From Eledone cirrhosa (lineage: Eukaryota): DNA of 64,000 nt. The notes beneath the pieces were generated by a model. It was not told where the DNA came from, ran no database searches, and saw only the letters and a program-made list of their open reading frames with translations. Made by a program: the position numbers and the translations under genes. Positions 15,791 to 30,698 of this stretch are shown here, piece by piece. The stretch's first letter is position 1, and each line of letters begins with the position of its first letter. The stretch is from assembly GCA_964016885.1 (NCBI GenBank), contig OZ024740.1, positions 373,426,001 to 373,490,000 on the forward strand, read 5' to 3'.

Positions 15791-15913
15791 AGAAATTGAT
15801 TAGTAGATGAATGAATAAAAATAGGTCTCTGTCTGTCCGTCTGACAGCTGCCAGTTTCTTTCTTTCATTCTCTCTTTCTGTTCTCTCTCCTTTTCCACAC
15901 ACACACACACACA

Positions 15914-15944
<31 letters not shown>

Positions 15945-15950
<6 letters not shown>

Positions 15951-17789
15951 GTGAGGGTTTTTTTACAAATTGAAAAATACTGAGGTGTCCTACACGAGTG
16001 AAAGTATAAAGAAAAAGAGATGAAATCGAAAATGCAACTGGAGTCTTATTTAAAAAAAATATATATATATTTATTTGGTTCCTTTACCGGTTTCGCAGTT
16101 CTTCTGCTTTTCAAAAGGTGAGTTGAGATGGAGGGTCTGTGATTTTTCTCACACACACATAACACCTTCTACTTTAGAAAATTAAAACCCGAACTAAATA
16201 AACCTTAACATACGTTGGCACTGACAATACAACAACAGAACAAATACGAATAAGTAAGGAAAATATGTTCATTCAAAAATATTCCTACTAAAGGAATCAT
16301 TTTCCTACACACACAATATATATATATATTCTCTTCATCTTAACATGCTAACCATACTCCCACACACATAACACCCATACACACACATAACAACCCCCAC
16401 ACCTACAAATCCCTCCCCCATTTCTACTAATAGAACCACTTTCCTACACACATATATACACAGACAAAATATATATTCTCTCCATCTTAACATACTCGCA
16501 CACACACACATAACACCCATATACACACACACACAACTCCCTCCCGCATTTCTACTAATAGAATCATCTTCCAATACACACATACACAGATCCCCCCCAC
16601 ACACACACAGAGAAAACACACACACACACACACACACAAGCACACAAATAAACATACATATCTTTACTTCAATAGAAAATCTGAACTATGACAACCCAGC
16701 GAACTAACCATATTCACTGAACCAGAACAACTCTCCCAATCCCATTTCTCTTGACCACTATCTTTCCCTTGTCATAACATTCTCTATAAAGGCTACAGAA
16801 TAGATTTCCAAATAAGGGCGCGAAAATGTAATGAAAACTTGTTCACGTTTAATTTAAAAAAAAGCCTTCGTGAGCCACCTTTTTTTAAGGAAAGAAATTC
16901 AAACACACACACACACACAACACACACACACACACACACGCACACACACACAAGCACACACATAAACATACATATCTTTACTTTATTTATTCAATAGAAA
17001 ATCTGAATTCTGACACCCTAACGAACTAACCATATTCACTGTACCAGAACAATTCTCCCATCCCTTTCTCTTGACCATTATCTTTCACTTATCATTCATT
17101 ATCTTTCACTTATCAAGGCGGTGGATTGGCAGTATCGGTAGAGGGTCGGACGCCATGCTTTCCAGCATAGTTACGTCCCTTTACGATCTGAGTTCAAATC
17201 CCGCCGAGGTTGATTTTGCCTTTCATCCTTACGGGGTCGATAAAATAAAGTACCAGTAATGCACTGGATAATTGCTGGCCTTGTGCCTAAAGTAGAAACA
17301 ATTATCTTTCACTTATCATAAAATTCTCTAAACAGGCTACATAATGGATTTCCAAATAAGGGCACGAAAATTTAATGAAAACTTGTTCACGAGACAGCCA
17401 TAATTTCATTTATAACCAACCACAAAAAGCCTTCGTTAGCCCCTTTTTTCAAGTAAAAATAAATTCAAACACTCATATATGAAAAAAATAACTTGTGACA
17501 CCACCCCCCTCTTATTTGAAGAACTTTTGTAACGCGAACTGGCGCGAAATTTATTATAATTATTGACAAACCAATCAAATTACCTCTCGAAAAACGTGGC
17601 ATTTCGAGCCACTTTTTTCCATATAAAACAAGTAACATTCAGAGACCAACCAGATGTGAGAAAAACCACAGACCCTCCATCTCAACTCACCTTTTGAAAA
17701 GCAGAAGAACTGCGAAACCGGTATAGGAACCAAATAAATATATATATTTAAAAAAAAAATAAGACTCCCGTTTCATTTTCGATTTCATC

Positions 17790-17795
<6 letters not shown>
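15945..17795 (+). mobile_element. P1 PLE 3' end (endonuclease C-terminus, long 3' UTR, pLTR) with 5'-inverted pLTR at 15945-16152
   Basis: FRKLKPELNKP* near 16170-16210. Hammerheads at 16081-16118(-) and 17690-17727(+). Internal diverged duplication 16620-16905 / 16905-17470. Confidence 0.7.
17116..17300 (+). mobile_element. tRNA-derived SINE with 18-bp TSD
   Basis: A-box TGGCAGTATCGG, B-box GTTCAAATCC, core GCCTTTCATCCTTACGGGGTCGATAAAATAAAGTACCAG. TSD ATTATCTTTCACTTATCA at 17098-17115 and 17301-17318. Confidence 0.9.
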
Positions 17796-17849
<54 letters not shown>

Positions 17850-17851
<2 letters not shown>

Positions 17852-18760
17852 CATAAGATGCATAGAGTGAGAATATAGAAACACAAGCGTGATGTAAATC
17901 AGAGAATCCTTCGGTAATATAAGAGGACGTTGAGGGTATTAGGGACTGGAAATCAAAGTCCCAAACATCGCATAAATGGTCTAGCAACATGCTGAACTAG
18001 TATATGGTGGCTCACAAGATACTATTAAGGCAAATATCATATCCACATAAATAAATGACACAATGTACTGACAGACTAATGATGTCACTCATATAAAACA
18101 AATATATCCCTTTCATTAGAAAGAAATAATGGAATAGCAAGAACTATTAGGACACACGAGTGAACAAATAGACCTATCCTTTATAGACTGCAGTATTTAA
18201 ATAGTAACTACATACTAGGGAGTAAAACGAAAAGAAAAATATAACATGACACAATAATGCACATAAAAACATTCAGACAAGCACTCCCATATTCATAGAT
18301 GATTAGATACACGTGAAGACGCATGACTGGTTTACTGGCGCAAAACATAAATACAAATAAACGACATATGAAAACTAATTATACATACGGACAAAAATGT
18401 CTCTGGAGAAAACAAGATGTAAAGACATAACACAACACACACATTAACCCCACCCCCCACACACACAGGAGCACAAATAAATATGCACGAATCAGGCAAA
18501 CGCTTCAAATTATAGAAAAATATAAGGTACACAAACATACATCAAAACACTAACAAGCAAATCACATTCCATATAATGACAATATGGTGTAAAGAAAACG
18601 AAATAAAAATAAAAAGAAGACTGATCATTGATAAAGTGACACAATGTGTGACGAAATAAGTGTGACAATTAAATATGCCAATTAAATGACCAAACTGTTA
18701 TTAAACTAACTCAGAATTAGGTTACTATCTTAATATTATTTAAACGAGAAATGAAGCTGA
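17850..18760 (+). mobile_element. Highly decayed PLE 3' end with hammerhead-like motif at 18623-18666
   Basis: Starts with SIRCIE and has a ..RKK*WNS.. tail like 13480-14360. Motif: TCA-TTGATAA-a-GTGACAC-aat-GTGTGAC-GAAA. Confidence 0.5.
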
Positions 18761-19149
18761 AATGATGCGTGCGTGTATTTCCTTTTTTTTCAGTATGACC
18801 GACCAGAAAATTGAAAATACAACCGACTAAACAGCAGATTATACAGCCACGTGTTAAAATGTCCAGAATTACTGTTCGAATGATTAACATTCTCCATCGC
18901 TTGCTATGAATGACTTCAGAATCCATCCGTTCAGTAGCGCTGAAAAATATCCGTGGCTATTATGTACTCCTAATTCACGAACTGCAATTTTTCAGGGGTG
19001 TTAAACCCTCAGAGTAAATTGTGTAGTGATATGTGTTAGTGGGATGATATATGTATACATTCATACAAGCAATAGATACAACCACATAAGAACTCATCCA
19101 GATGAACACACATTGTTGACACATATATGTATATGTATATATATATCTA

Positions 19150-19204
<55 letters not shown>

Positions 19205-19755
19205 TATTAACAGAAAAAATGAATGGACTAAAAACAACACCCAAACAAACAACATTGACCTAAGAGAAGTATAAATAAATAAATAAATAAATAGATAAAT
19301 AAATAAATACATACACAAGCACACACATCAAACGAACCACTATACACACACGCAAACGCATGCGCAAAGAAGACACAAAATAAACAAATAAATAAATATA
19401 TAAACAGACTAAATACAGATGGTGTAGACATACAATGCAACGGGAGAAAACAATAGCACCACTGACGATGTTGCAGATGTGCAACGAAAGAACTTTGATA
19501 GACTATATATATGTGTTTGTGTCTATATTGTATCTGTATTTCTGACCGTTGGTCAGTCAATGGCAACATTGAGGACCGAATAAATTAAATTAACCGATAT
19601 AAAAGACACAGAAGCGAAAACCAACCAAACAGTGAGTGTGTTCTGTTATTAATTCTGGCAATATTACACAAATATGACCCTCCCCAAGAATAACAATATT
19701 TGTTTCGACACACCATTTCATATTAAAAACCTCGCAAAACTAATTCATCGCCGTT
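19205..19755 (+). mobile_element. 3' end/pLTR of PLE family P3; hammerhead at 19458-19499
   Basis: Aligns with 30095-30650 and the reverse complement of 36750-37310. Motif: CTGACGA-t-GTTGCA-gatg-TGCAAC-GAAA. Runs into the ORF start [13 protein letters not shown]. Confidence 0.85.
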
Positions 19756-19844
19756 ATATTTATATATATATATACATATATGTGTATATATATATGTATG
19801 TATGTATATATAAATATATATATATGTATATAAATATATATACA

Positions 19845-19914
<70 letters not shown>

Positions 19915-20039
19915 TGTATATATATAAATCACGTTATATATATATAAATCACGTTGTAGAAAGTATATCTTGTATAATCCTATACTTTATGCCTCGATTA
20001 GTACAAAACTATCTCTTTCATTCTTTAAGTTAAACAGCA

Positions 20040-21383
20040 ACCATTTCCCTAGTTCCCATAAATACAGTAAAATTCTGAACCCTAAAGCTATTAGACTATC
20101 TAACTCCACGGCACCAGACATTGAAGCATACATAAACAAATTAACTTAAAGCAATTAAACAACACTGCAAAACAAAATATGTTGGTAACAGATGGGCAGA
20201 ACGAAATATCTGCCTCCCAACCACTAAATGGGAGACGGGTATTACACAACCCACCAGTACTGCTATCACAACCTATCCATGGTATACCGGCTACCCACAA
20301 CAAAAAATGTAACTGCCATCTACCTGAAAGATGTCCATTGAAGAATGAATGCCTAAAGTCCAACATTGTTTACCAATGCACGGTTGAATCGAACGACCAG
20401 ATATGGTATTACATCGGATCTACCACCACCTCGTTTAAATCTCGCTGGTACCGTCAACGATTCTCAATCAAACATCCTGATCACCGTTTTGTGACCACGC
20501 TCGCCAACAAGACTTGGCAACTCCGTGAACGCAACCAACAGTTCACCTTAAAATGGGATATACTTTCCAGCGCAAGTGCATATCGGAGTGGATTGAAGTA
20601 CTGCAGGTTATGTAACCCTGAACTCTTTTACATATTAAAATCCAAAAAATAAACTACTTAACGATAGAATCGCACGATCATTATACTGCAACCACAAACT
20701 AAAAGCTAAATTCTCTCATTATAAAATAACTCAACATTCGCACCCATAACTATAACATCGCTTTCTAGCTAACCACCTTCCCCCACACTACAAGACAAAA
20801 CCCTACTTATCACTATAAATGGTAACTCAGTGCAATTCGTAGATTACTACTACGAACCCAAAGTTCACCCACCCTATAACTTCGTCTGTCCCTTCTCTAT
20901 CTCTCCCTCTATATCCATTCCACCCTCTCTCTGTCGCCTTTGACCTACCTCCCTCCCTCTCCACATCTATGAACCTGCCCTCTGGGGCAATAAATAATTC
21001 CAACCTTGACTATCAACGTATCTCTCTAAAAGTAACCCGTATAATAAAACCCCTACCATAACATATTGATTAAGATATCTACAAACCACTCTCTCCTATT
21101 TCTCCAACCCCTGCATATCTTTCTCTCTCTCTCCTTCTCCCCTACTTTTCTTTCTTCCTTTTCTACTCTATCTTCTCCAATAACCTCACTTAAGGGTATT
21201 TACATTGTACATTTTAACCATTCTGCTCTGATGATACAGTGGTCACAGCATTTGATATTTGAGTTCTGCAAATAGTTGAAAATGTGCACATAGCATAGCT
21301 AGGCTGTATTACCACAGTGGAAACATTTGTAAGCACACGGAATAAATTACCTTTTTTATGATGTCTACCTGTTATTATTCATT

Positions 21384-21385
<2 letters not shown>
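20040..21385 (+). mobile_element. Neptune-type PLE 3' part; GIY-YIG ORF at 20179-20652
   Basis: KKCNCHLPERCPLKNECLKSNIVYQCTV...YYIGSTTTSFKSRWYRQ...TTLANKTWQL...FTLKWDIL...CRLCNPE. Confidence 0.9.
21224..21335 (+). ncRNA. Hammerhead ribozyme with about 85-nt stem II
   Basis: TGCT-CTGATGA-[..GTGGT.ACAGC...GCTGT..ACCAC..]-GAAAC-attt-GTA-AGCA, followed by AATAAA. Confidence 0.8.
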
Positions 21386-21482
<97 letters not shown>

Positions 21483-21583
21483 TTTATATATAAACATATA
21501 TATGTACTTAGACGGGGTATCAAAATAATGAGAGATAGAGAGAGATAGAGATAGAGAGAGAAAGAGAGATAGAGAGTGAGAGA

Positions 21584-21807
<224 letters not shown>

Positions 21808-22282
21808 CCATTTTTAGTTGTGCATATTATTATATTTTCAAATTCTTAATGAAAATATGAAAAAAAAATATCTATTGCAGCTGCAGAAATGATTTCTTTT
21901 TATAATAGTAGTCGTAGCAATATATACTTTAATAGCGATGCAGAAATTACAATAGCTACAGATATAACCATAAGAAAGTATACTAACAATGAAAATACTA
22001 AAGACGTTGATGATTACATCACCAACTTTGAGGACAATGATCCAATAATAATTAAAATGCAAACTATTTACTGAAAATACTATTTACTAGAAGATAGCAA
22101 AATATGATTCACTGATTCTACATAGAAACATATGCAAGAAGAAGTAAACAGAGAAATCGAAGTTTATCACCGTATTATAGAGGAATAGATAAAAGATGTC
22201 CTTCTATCTATATATCTATTGATATATAATGCACACATACAAAGACAGATATATGTACATATCTAAACGCGGAGGCATATAC

Positions 22283-22341
<59 letters not shown>

Positions 22342-22407
22342 CATATATATGAAAGAATAATGTATGACGAATAATGTATGACGAATAATTACATATATAT
22401 GAAAGAA

Positions 22408-23364
22408 TAATGTATGACGAAGAAATATGACAATATATAAACAACCATCCGGTTATCGAACCAACCAACACACTGGAAATTTATAATAAATTAAAGTGAA
22501 AACCGTCAGGTGCGTGGCGTGTGTTTTTATTAGCAAGAAGACCTTGCTAATAATTAAAAAATGAAATATATATATCTATATTTATATATAAAGGTTTAAA
22601 TATATATATATACAAATATACATACATACATATACGTGTTTTGTAACGGGTCACTTTGTGGCTCAATGAAAAGTTAATAAATTAAATAATCAGAGCTATA
22701 TATCATAAAACATGTTTATAGAATCACCAGATAAAATATATACCATTTCCTATCCCAATTAGCATAATTAACTATATAAAAAATCGAATAGACCAGGCTA
22801 TAAGAATAAGGCTTCTATGAAGAAATCTCCAACAAATAACCGAAATCTCCAACAAATAACCGAAACTGGCGATTACGCTGTCGAAATATTCGATAAACAT
22901 TCCGTCGCCGCCGACGCGAAGGTCTTGTTTCGGTTATTTGTTGGAGATTTCTTCATAGAAGCCTTATTCTTATAGCCTGGTCTATTCGATTTTTTATATA
23001 GTTAATTATGCTAATTGGGATAGGAAATGGTATATATTTTATCTGGTGATTCTATAAACATGTTTTATGATATATAGCTCTGATTATTTAATTTATTAAC
23101 TTTTCATTGAGCCACAAAGTGACCCGTTACAAAACACGTATATGTATGTATGTATATTTGTATATATATATATTTAAACCTTTATATATAAATATAGATA
23201 TATATATTTCATTTTTTAATTATTAGCAAGGTCTTCTTGCTAATAAAAACACACGCCACGCACCTGACGGTTTTCACTTTAATTTATTATAAATTTCCAG
23301 TTTGTTGGTTGGTTCGATAACCGGATGGTTGTTTATATATTGTCATATTTCTTCGTCATACATT
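22408..23364. repeat. Near-perfect inverted repeat with about 440-bp arms (Rz-C fragment plus PLE pLTR)
   Basis: 22408-22866 is the reverse complement of 22927-23364, apart from a 20-bp tandem duplication at the inner end of the left arm. Confidence 0.9.
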
Positions 23365-24267
23365 CTATGACCTTCTCAATGACTAGGTTTCTATTTTGTG
23401 TCTCTCATTTGTTCTCTCCTACACCAAGATGGTGTAGGACATAATATGAATTATGGCAGCGAAAAAATGAGAAAGATAATAATGGGGATAGGAAAATATT
23501 CACCATTTATAGGGAAAATAGATACTAACATATATTAACAGAGATAAATAGAAATTGAAAGTGAGGAAGAAATAAAAAAAGGTGAGATAAGTAGCAGATT
23601 GTGGTGGGTTAATTGTCTCATGCTATCATCTTGGAAAAGTAGAAAGAGAGTTGTGGGAAGTTAGAACTTAGAAAGATTCTTGAGAAATATAAAATTTTAA
23701 ATGATTGAAAGTGAAGAGAAAAATAAAACTTTGGAAAAGGAAATAATACAGTAAAAGAGAAATGGTATGGTAGTAGGGTGAAAGCGTGCTGTTAAGAGGT
23801 TTTGAAGAAATTGAACTATTATTGAACAAGAGGTCGTTTGAAGGAATATGATAAAATATTCGAGGAATAGAGAAAAATATATTAAGAAACATAAATAACT
23901 AAAATAAATACTGAACGTAAGCAATGAAATAAAGAAGCACATTTAACATTCAAAATTATGAGAGAAGGAAAATAAAATGTTGGCAATGACATGGCGAAGT
24001 AAAGTAAGAACAAAATGAGGGTGGCATTCATATATGAAAAAGAATAAACAAAATATGAAATGCAAGAAAATTAGAAGAGAATTAAAAGTATAATACACAA
24101 CATCTTAATGGGGTAGAAAGGGAGAGAAAGAGAAAGAGAGAGTGTGAGAGAGAGAGAGAAAGGGAACGTGAGAGATAGTGAGAGAGAAAAAGTGAAATAG
24201 ATAGAAAGGGAGAGAGAAGTAGAGAGAGAAATGAAGAGAAAAAGAGCGAAGTAGAATGGAGAGAGGT

Positions 24268-24269
24268 TT

Positions 24270-24335
<66 letters not shown>

Positions 24336-24355
24336 TAATAATAATAATAACAACA
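24268..24355. repeat. (AAT)n microsatellite
   Basis: Directly visible. Confidence 0.95.
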
Positions 24356-25378
24356 ATATTTAGTAACAACAATAAAACAATTAATAGAAACGTGTTTTAA
24401 AAAGATGAATCATGGATGGATGGGTGAGGCGGATCAGGACTAGAACTGATTATTGAAAACGACTAATTAAAGCAAAATGCATATAAAAATATTCTGACCT
24501 AATCAAGCAGAACATGTTACAACTTTGTGGCTAATGAAATGAAGCCTTGATCTCTATCGATCGACGCTCCAGGCAAAAAAGACTAGAGCCGGGAGAATGG
24601 TTTAATGTTTTCTTTTTAACATTTTTGCCGTCTTACTGTTTACTTTTCTTCGTTGTTTGCTGCATGTTTTTTAACAATTTTTTGCATTGTATTTTTAAAT
24701 TCGATATCTATTTTTCAACTAACATTCTATGTTGTTTTTATTTTTTTTTCTTAATTATTTATCCGTTTACTCGCAAGTATTATTTTAGTTAGCATATGGG
24801 AATATTTATCGATAAAAATAATATACCTCTATTTCTTTGCCACACTATTTTAACAGAAGACGTATTTCCTTCAAAGCAAGCTGCTTTTTGTACTTAATAT
24901 GAAACGAACGCACAAGAAAATAGATATAAAAAACTCCAGTTACTGCAATTAGTTTCTAACACCAGATAATCGTTAAACGAAATTGTTAGGTGTAATAAAT
25001 ATTCGGTATTCAAAGTGATTTAGGACCTCCTATTTGTTTATTTTTATATCTTGACTCCTTACTGAAACTAGTTTTATATTTAACCCTAAATTCAGAATTT
25101 GCAAACACAATAATTGATAATAATAATAGCAACGAAATTTAAAATATAAAAGAGAAATAATCATGAAAGGCTGTGAGAAATTTGAATGATTTTTGAAAGA
25201 ATATAGAAGGAATATTGATTCCTTCTTAGAATTTGAAAGTACATTGAGCTTGGAAGCCAGCCAAATCGACAATATTCTATAGAAAGTAATTCGCATAATA
25301 AAGATAGTTAAGAGATCTGGCTAAAGAATCCGGGGGGCAAAACATATTTACATGCAGACACACACACGCACACTATAT

Positions 25379-25461
<83 letters not shown>

Positions 25462-25470
25462 TGTATATAA

Positions 25471-25577
<107 letters not shown>

Positions 25578-25638
25578 TATATACATATATAATGTCTATG
25601 GAAGCATCTTAGCTACCATCACATACACACACACACAC

Positions 25639-25671
<33 letters not shown>

Positions 25672-26445
25672 AGTATATATCTATTACAAATCATTGCATC
25701 CTATATATGGCACAGAAACTATGATTTATAATTATTGTATTATTGTTCCATTACAATTATTAGTATTGGTGTTATTGGTTTTGTTACTTTTATTTTTGGC
25801 ATTGGAATCATTCTGTCATTGCTATTAAGAATGGCACCATTGATAACAAAAGACCACAGTGACTGTTTATAACAGATGTGGTGAAATTGCAACAATTGCT
25901 TTTTCCTTGATCGTAGACAAATGTATACTCACGTACTCATATAGGTGGTGTTATAATAGAAACTGACTGCAATATTTATAGCTATGAACTCGGCAAGACT
26001 GATAAAGCTTAAATTGAAATACGTTACATACATTATCAACGAAACCTAGAGTTTACAGAATCCATCAATGAGAAAATAGATAGCACAAGAGAGATTCTGA
26101 AGAAAGAAAAACGAGTAGCGCATCATATTTTCACTGGACATTTTCAAACATGAAAGATTTTGTCTGTGACAAAACTGGCTCACATATTTCTGTTAAGATC
26201 TGATAATATCACACCGATGACGTTTGCTGTGGTAATCATTGTATAATGGCTCCCGACTAGTGTCACATAAATATGATTATCTAACATCAGTATTAACGTT
26301 TATTTCAAACAGGGAAACTCTGATACGTGTGATAGCCACCTTCGTGTAAGTTAGATACGTCTGACGTGGATTGTTCTGATCTGCTTACACATGTTTACCA
26401 ACGATACGTAACACAACTCTTACGAATAAATATCAGAGCAATTAG

Positions 26446-26511
<66 letters not shown>

Positions 26512-26811
26512 TTTTTTAAAGAATAGACGTGTAACACACAAGTTGTGTTATATTGGTAAAAGGAAAAGAAAATGGTGACACATTTTTCCCAGTGAAAATA
26601 GTTTAATTAGGAATAAGTAACAATTAGTATTGGTTAGTCTCAGTTTTAGTTTTAAGTTTTTACCGGTTGCGCATTTCTAAGGCATTTCAAAAATACAGTT
26701 CAGATAGAGCGCCCATGAAGTTTGCTCTAATCTGTTTAGATTAGTAGTCAAACGACTTGAGCTCCGCTGTCGGGGTTAAATATTTTACAATATATATATC
26801 TATATATATAT

Positions 26812-26927
<116 letters not shown>

Positions 26928-27014
26928 GTAGGTCCCGGGTGGAGTCGGGGATAACCACAGTAAGTAAGGTACTCAACACATAGCAGAGTAAATTTTTTTA
27001 TTTTAAAGAAGGAG

Positions 27015-27061
27015 CTTCTACAGGACTAGTACTGTTTCATTCATATGAAATCTTCAGGAAG
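27015..27061 (-). ncRNA. Type-I hammerhead in a short pLTR (about 26928-27080)
   Basis: Minus strand: CTTC-CTGAAGA-tTTCatatGAAt-GAA-ACAG-tactagtc-CTGT-A-GAAG. Confidence 0.75.
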
Positions 27062-27084
27062 ATTTCATCTGAATGAAATCTGAA

Positions 27085-28081
27085 TGTTTCTTTTATTTGC
27101 CACCAGGGCATCAAAAGTGGGACAAGTACAAAGGGGGGAGTTTAAACAAAAAGGCGTCCTCAATAGGGAGGAGGCAATAACAAAATATAAAAATAAAATA
27201 AGATATAACAAAAAATAAAATTTATAACAAAATCCTCAATAGAGAGGAGGCGCCTTGGGGGGTCGCACACACCCCCGAAAAAAGTGTGCAACCCTTCTCC
27301 TCAGGAGCACAGAGAAGGGGTGCTCCCTTGGTCTTTCATCTTCCTCACCTATAGTCTGATGTAGAGTGAAGGCCCATTCACACGGGCCATTCTCGCCACT
27401 TTCACCCATCTTCCATAGAAACGACTGGGGTGGAGCACCTCTCTCTCCATCCTGATCCTCCTTCCGAAATGATATCGGAAGAAACGGACCAGTTGTTGGC
27501 CAGAGAGAAAGGTGCCTGACCTCAGTCCTTTCAGACGCGTCCACCATACAACCTCTTTCGCCATTGCTATTACGCACAGAAACACCGCCTCTGCTTCATC
27601 TTTGAAGGGGGGAGGCGGCTTGATCATTACAATAGACTCGGTGGTCAACCGGATCGGTCCCACCCTTGACAGCAGTTGTTCGACATAGCCCCACAGATCG
27701 GCTACGCCCGAGCAGTGTACCAATGCGTGTGCAACGGTTTCCTCGTCGCACACGCATCTGGGACAGATCTTTTTGGCGGGGTCCCTACCCGTGCGCCCGT
27801 GTCTGTAGAGCCTTTCTCGAACGGGTAAAGCTCCTCGGTAGCACTGCCAGGCCAGGGACTTCTGGAAGTTGTCCATAGGTCCCGGGCTGAATGTCCTACC
27901 GAACAGGCTGGCCAGTTCGTCCTCCTCCATGTCTAGGGCTTCTCCGAGGGCGTCGTCGCACCTGCTGCGTACCAGCCCTCTATAGAATGTTGCGGTGGAG
28001 TCTCCACTGATAACCGGATCCGCCTGCCAGAGGGCGGTGAGCGCCTGGGCATACTCAGTGTGCCAGGCGCCCAGTTTTCTC

Positions 28082-28083
<2 letters not shown>
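27085..28083 (-). mobile_element. L1/Tx1-like non-LTR retrotransposon 3' end (ORF2 C-terminal zinc-binding zf-RVT region, 27349-28083)
   Basis: KSLAWQCYRGALPVRERLYRHG...KICPRCVCDEETVAHALVHC..VADLW: CxxC-x8-HxxxxC motif. GC-rich and 5'-truncated at (TA)n. Confidence 0.85.
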
Positions 28084-28129
<46 letters not shown>

Positions 28130-28132
<3 letters not shown>

Positions 28133-28505
28133 GGGCTACTCACCCGTTAATATGCATAAGGTAAGTATATACGTTCTACAATCTGGCAGGAAGATATACG
28201 TTGCTGACGATAGCTAATAAGCTTGAAACTAGTAGGGCGTTCCTTTGTCAGTGTTGAACAGACGAGCAACGATGGTTGCTGGACACTACGGCTTAATACG
28301 GGATGTTTGTTTACATAAACACCGAGCATTATAATAAATGTTCGGCGAATCCATACATGCATATATATATGTGTGCATGTATGTACATATATATACATAC
28401 TAATGTACGTCTGTATACATGTATGCATGTACGTCGACATATTATATTTAAGTAACAGCCGTACTAAGAGTGGGAAATGAAATTTCGTTTTATTTTTTCC
28501 GTTTA
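28130..28505 (+). mobile_element. Rz-A copy; hammerhead at 28199-28239
   Basis: CGTTG-CTGACGA-tAGCTaataAGCTt-GAAACTAGTA-GGGCG. Aligns with 14995-15346. Confidence 0.8.
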
Positions 28506-28545
28506 CACACACACACACACACACACGCACACACACACACACACT

Positions 28546-28638
<93 letters not shown>

Positions 28639-28672
28639 GTATACATTTATATATATATTTTTATATATATAC

Positions 28673-28705
<33 letters not shown>

Positions 28706-28721
28706 TATATACATATATATA

Positions 28722-30647
28722 AAGACTCCCATGGGAAGGTGGATTGGGTGGACCAAAGCTATACGGACCCCCCAAAACAATTAACAGGTAAGAAAAAAGG
28801 TCGCACATGCAATAGGGTCTAGTATCAAAACTACCCTAAAGGGCCACATATTTAAGTTCAACGAGAAGATCTACACCCAAAATGAGGGACCAGCCATCGG
28901 CGTCAGCATAGCTGGTGATGTTGCCAACCTTTTCATGGTATGGTGGGAAAGGAGACTTAAAGATCTCCTTAATGAGAGCTCCATAGACCTCATCATGTAC
29001 TCTCGTTATGTAGACGATTTCAATATAGTTATAAGAACACCCCCTCAAGAGAGCACTAACAAGTTCGATTTAGAACGTAGCACGATGTAAAGCATCCAGC
29101 AGATAGCTAATTCCATACACCAGAGTATAACTGTAACTATCGACTTCCCTTCCAAATACCCTAACAATAGACTACTTGTAATAGACACAGAACTCTGGGT
29201 TAACACTATAGACGAGAGAGACCAAATTCTCCACTCACACTATGCTAAACCCATGGCCTCCAAATACCTGATACTCAAAAACTAAGCAATTTCCAGTACT
29301 GCTAAGTTTAATATTCTGATCGCAGATTTGGTACGAGTGATGAAGAATGTGTCCCGCATGTGCGACCCAACAGAAATGGAAAGACACATCCAACACTTCA
29401 TCGACCGCATGCAGTTCTCTGGCTACAACCAAAGAGTCAGTGTCAGTGCATACGAAGGAGCCATGGAAAAGTATAAGACCATCATAGAACTGGACATGAA
29501 AGGAATTTTCCCATTATACAGGAGCAAATCATGGAATAGCTTAGATAGGCTAGACATGAGATAGGGAAAGCCATCTCATTGTACGACAACCAGAGATACA
29601 AGAGCGTCATGTTTGTGGACGCTACCCCTGGGGGGAAATTAGCTAACCAGTGTAGAAAGGCCCTGAGAAAGACCCACTTAAAAATAAGGTGGTAGAAAAT
29701 CCAGAAACCACCATAAAATCCCTGATCAGCAAAACCTACCCTTTTAAGAAAATCCACTGTACCAATAGGAAATGTATCATATGTAAGGTGAATCCTCGGA
29801 TAAACTGTAAAATTAGAAACGTAGTCTATAGCATAAGATGTACTGAGGGTACTTGCAGAAACATGACGACAACATACATAGGTGAGACAGCTCGTAGCAT
29901 AGGTGAAAGGATAGACCAACACTGGGGGGAACTAAAAGGACGAAAACACGGGTCAGTACTATACAATCATGCTAGACAAAACATGACGGTAACATAGACA
30001 ACATAGACAATTAGAATAATATCTAAACATAGAAATGACCCAGCAGATAGACAAATCGGAGAGACCAGTGAAATAGAAATTAGAAGGCCAAGGCTAAACA
30101 GAAAGAATGAATGGAATAACAACAACACCCAAACAAACAACACTGACCTAAGAGAAGTATAAATAAGTAAATAAAATAAAATACATAAATACATAAATAC
30201 ATACACAAGCACAATAACAACAAGCACTTAAACACACACTAGTTACCCATCACACAGCAAACAAAACACTATACACACACGCAAACGCATGCGCAAAGAA
30301 GACAGAAAAAATAAAATAAACAAACAAGCAAATAAATAAATACATATATAGACATACTGAATAAAAATGGTGTAGACATACAATACATCAGGAGGAAAAT
30401 ATAACACCACTGACGTAGTTGCAGATGTGCAACGAAAGATTTATGATAAACTATATATATGTGTTTGTGTCTATATTGTATCTGTATTATTTTTGATAGT
30501 CGGTCAGTCAATGGCAACATTGAGGACCGAGTAAGTTAGATTACCATATAAAAGACACAGAAGCGAGAAGCGAAAACCAACCAAACACTGAGTGTGTATT
30601 GTTATTAATTCTTGCAATATTACACGAATAAGACCCTCCCCAAGTAT

Positions 30648-30650
<3 letters not shown>
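28722..30650 (+). mobile_element. PLE family P3 (RT, GIY-YIG and pLTR), decayed; possibly Naiad-like
   Basis: QNEGPAIGVSIAGDVANLFMVWW, YSRYVDD, HYAKPMASKY, CTNRKCIICKVNPRINCKIRNVVYSIRC..TYIGETARSIGERIDQH. Hammerhead at 30406-30447. Clade assignment is tentative. Confidence 0.92.

Positions 30651-30694
<44 letters not shown>

Positions 30695-30698
<4 letters not shown>

Noticed and set aside
17116-17215. tRNA gene
   Set aside because: The A/B boxes belong to a five-copy SINE and there is no cloverleaf.
21889-22074. Acidic 61-aa ORF
   Set aside because: No homology or convincing exon boundaries.
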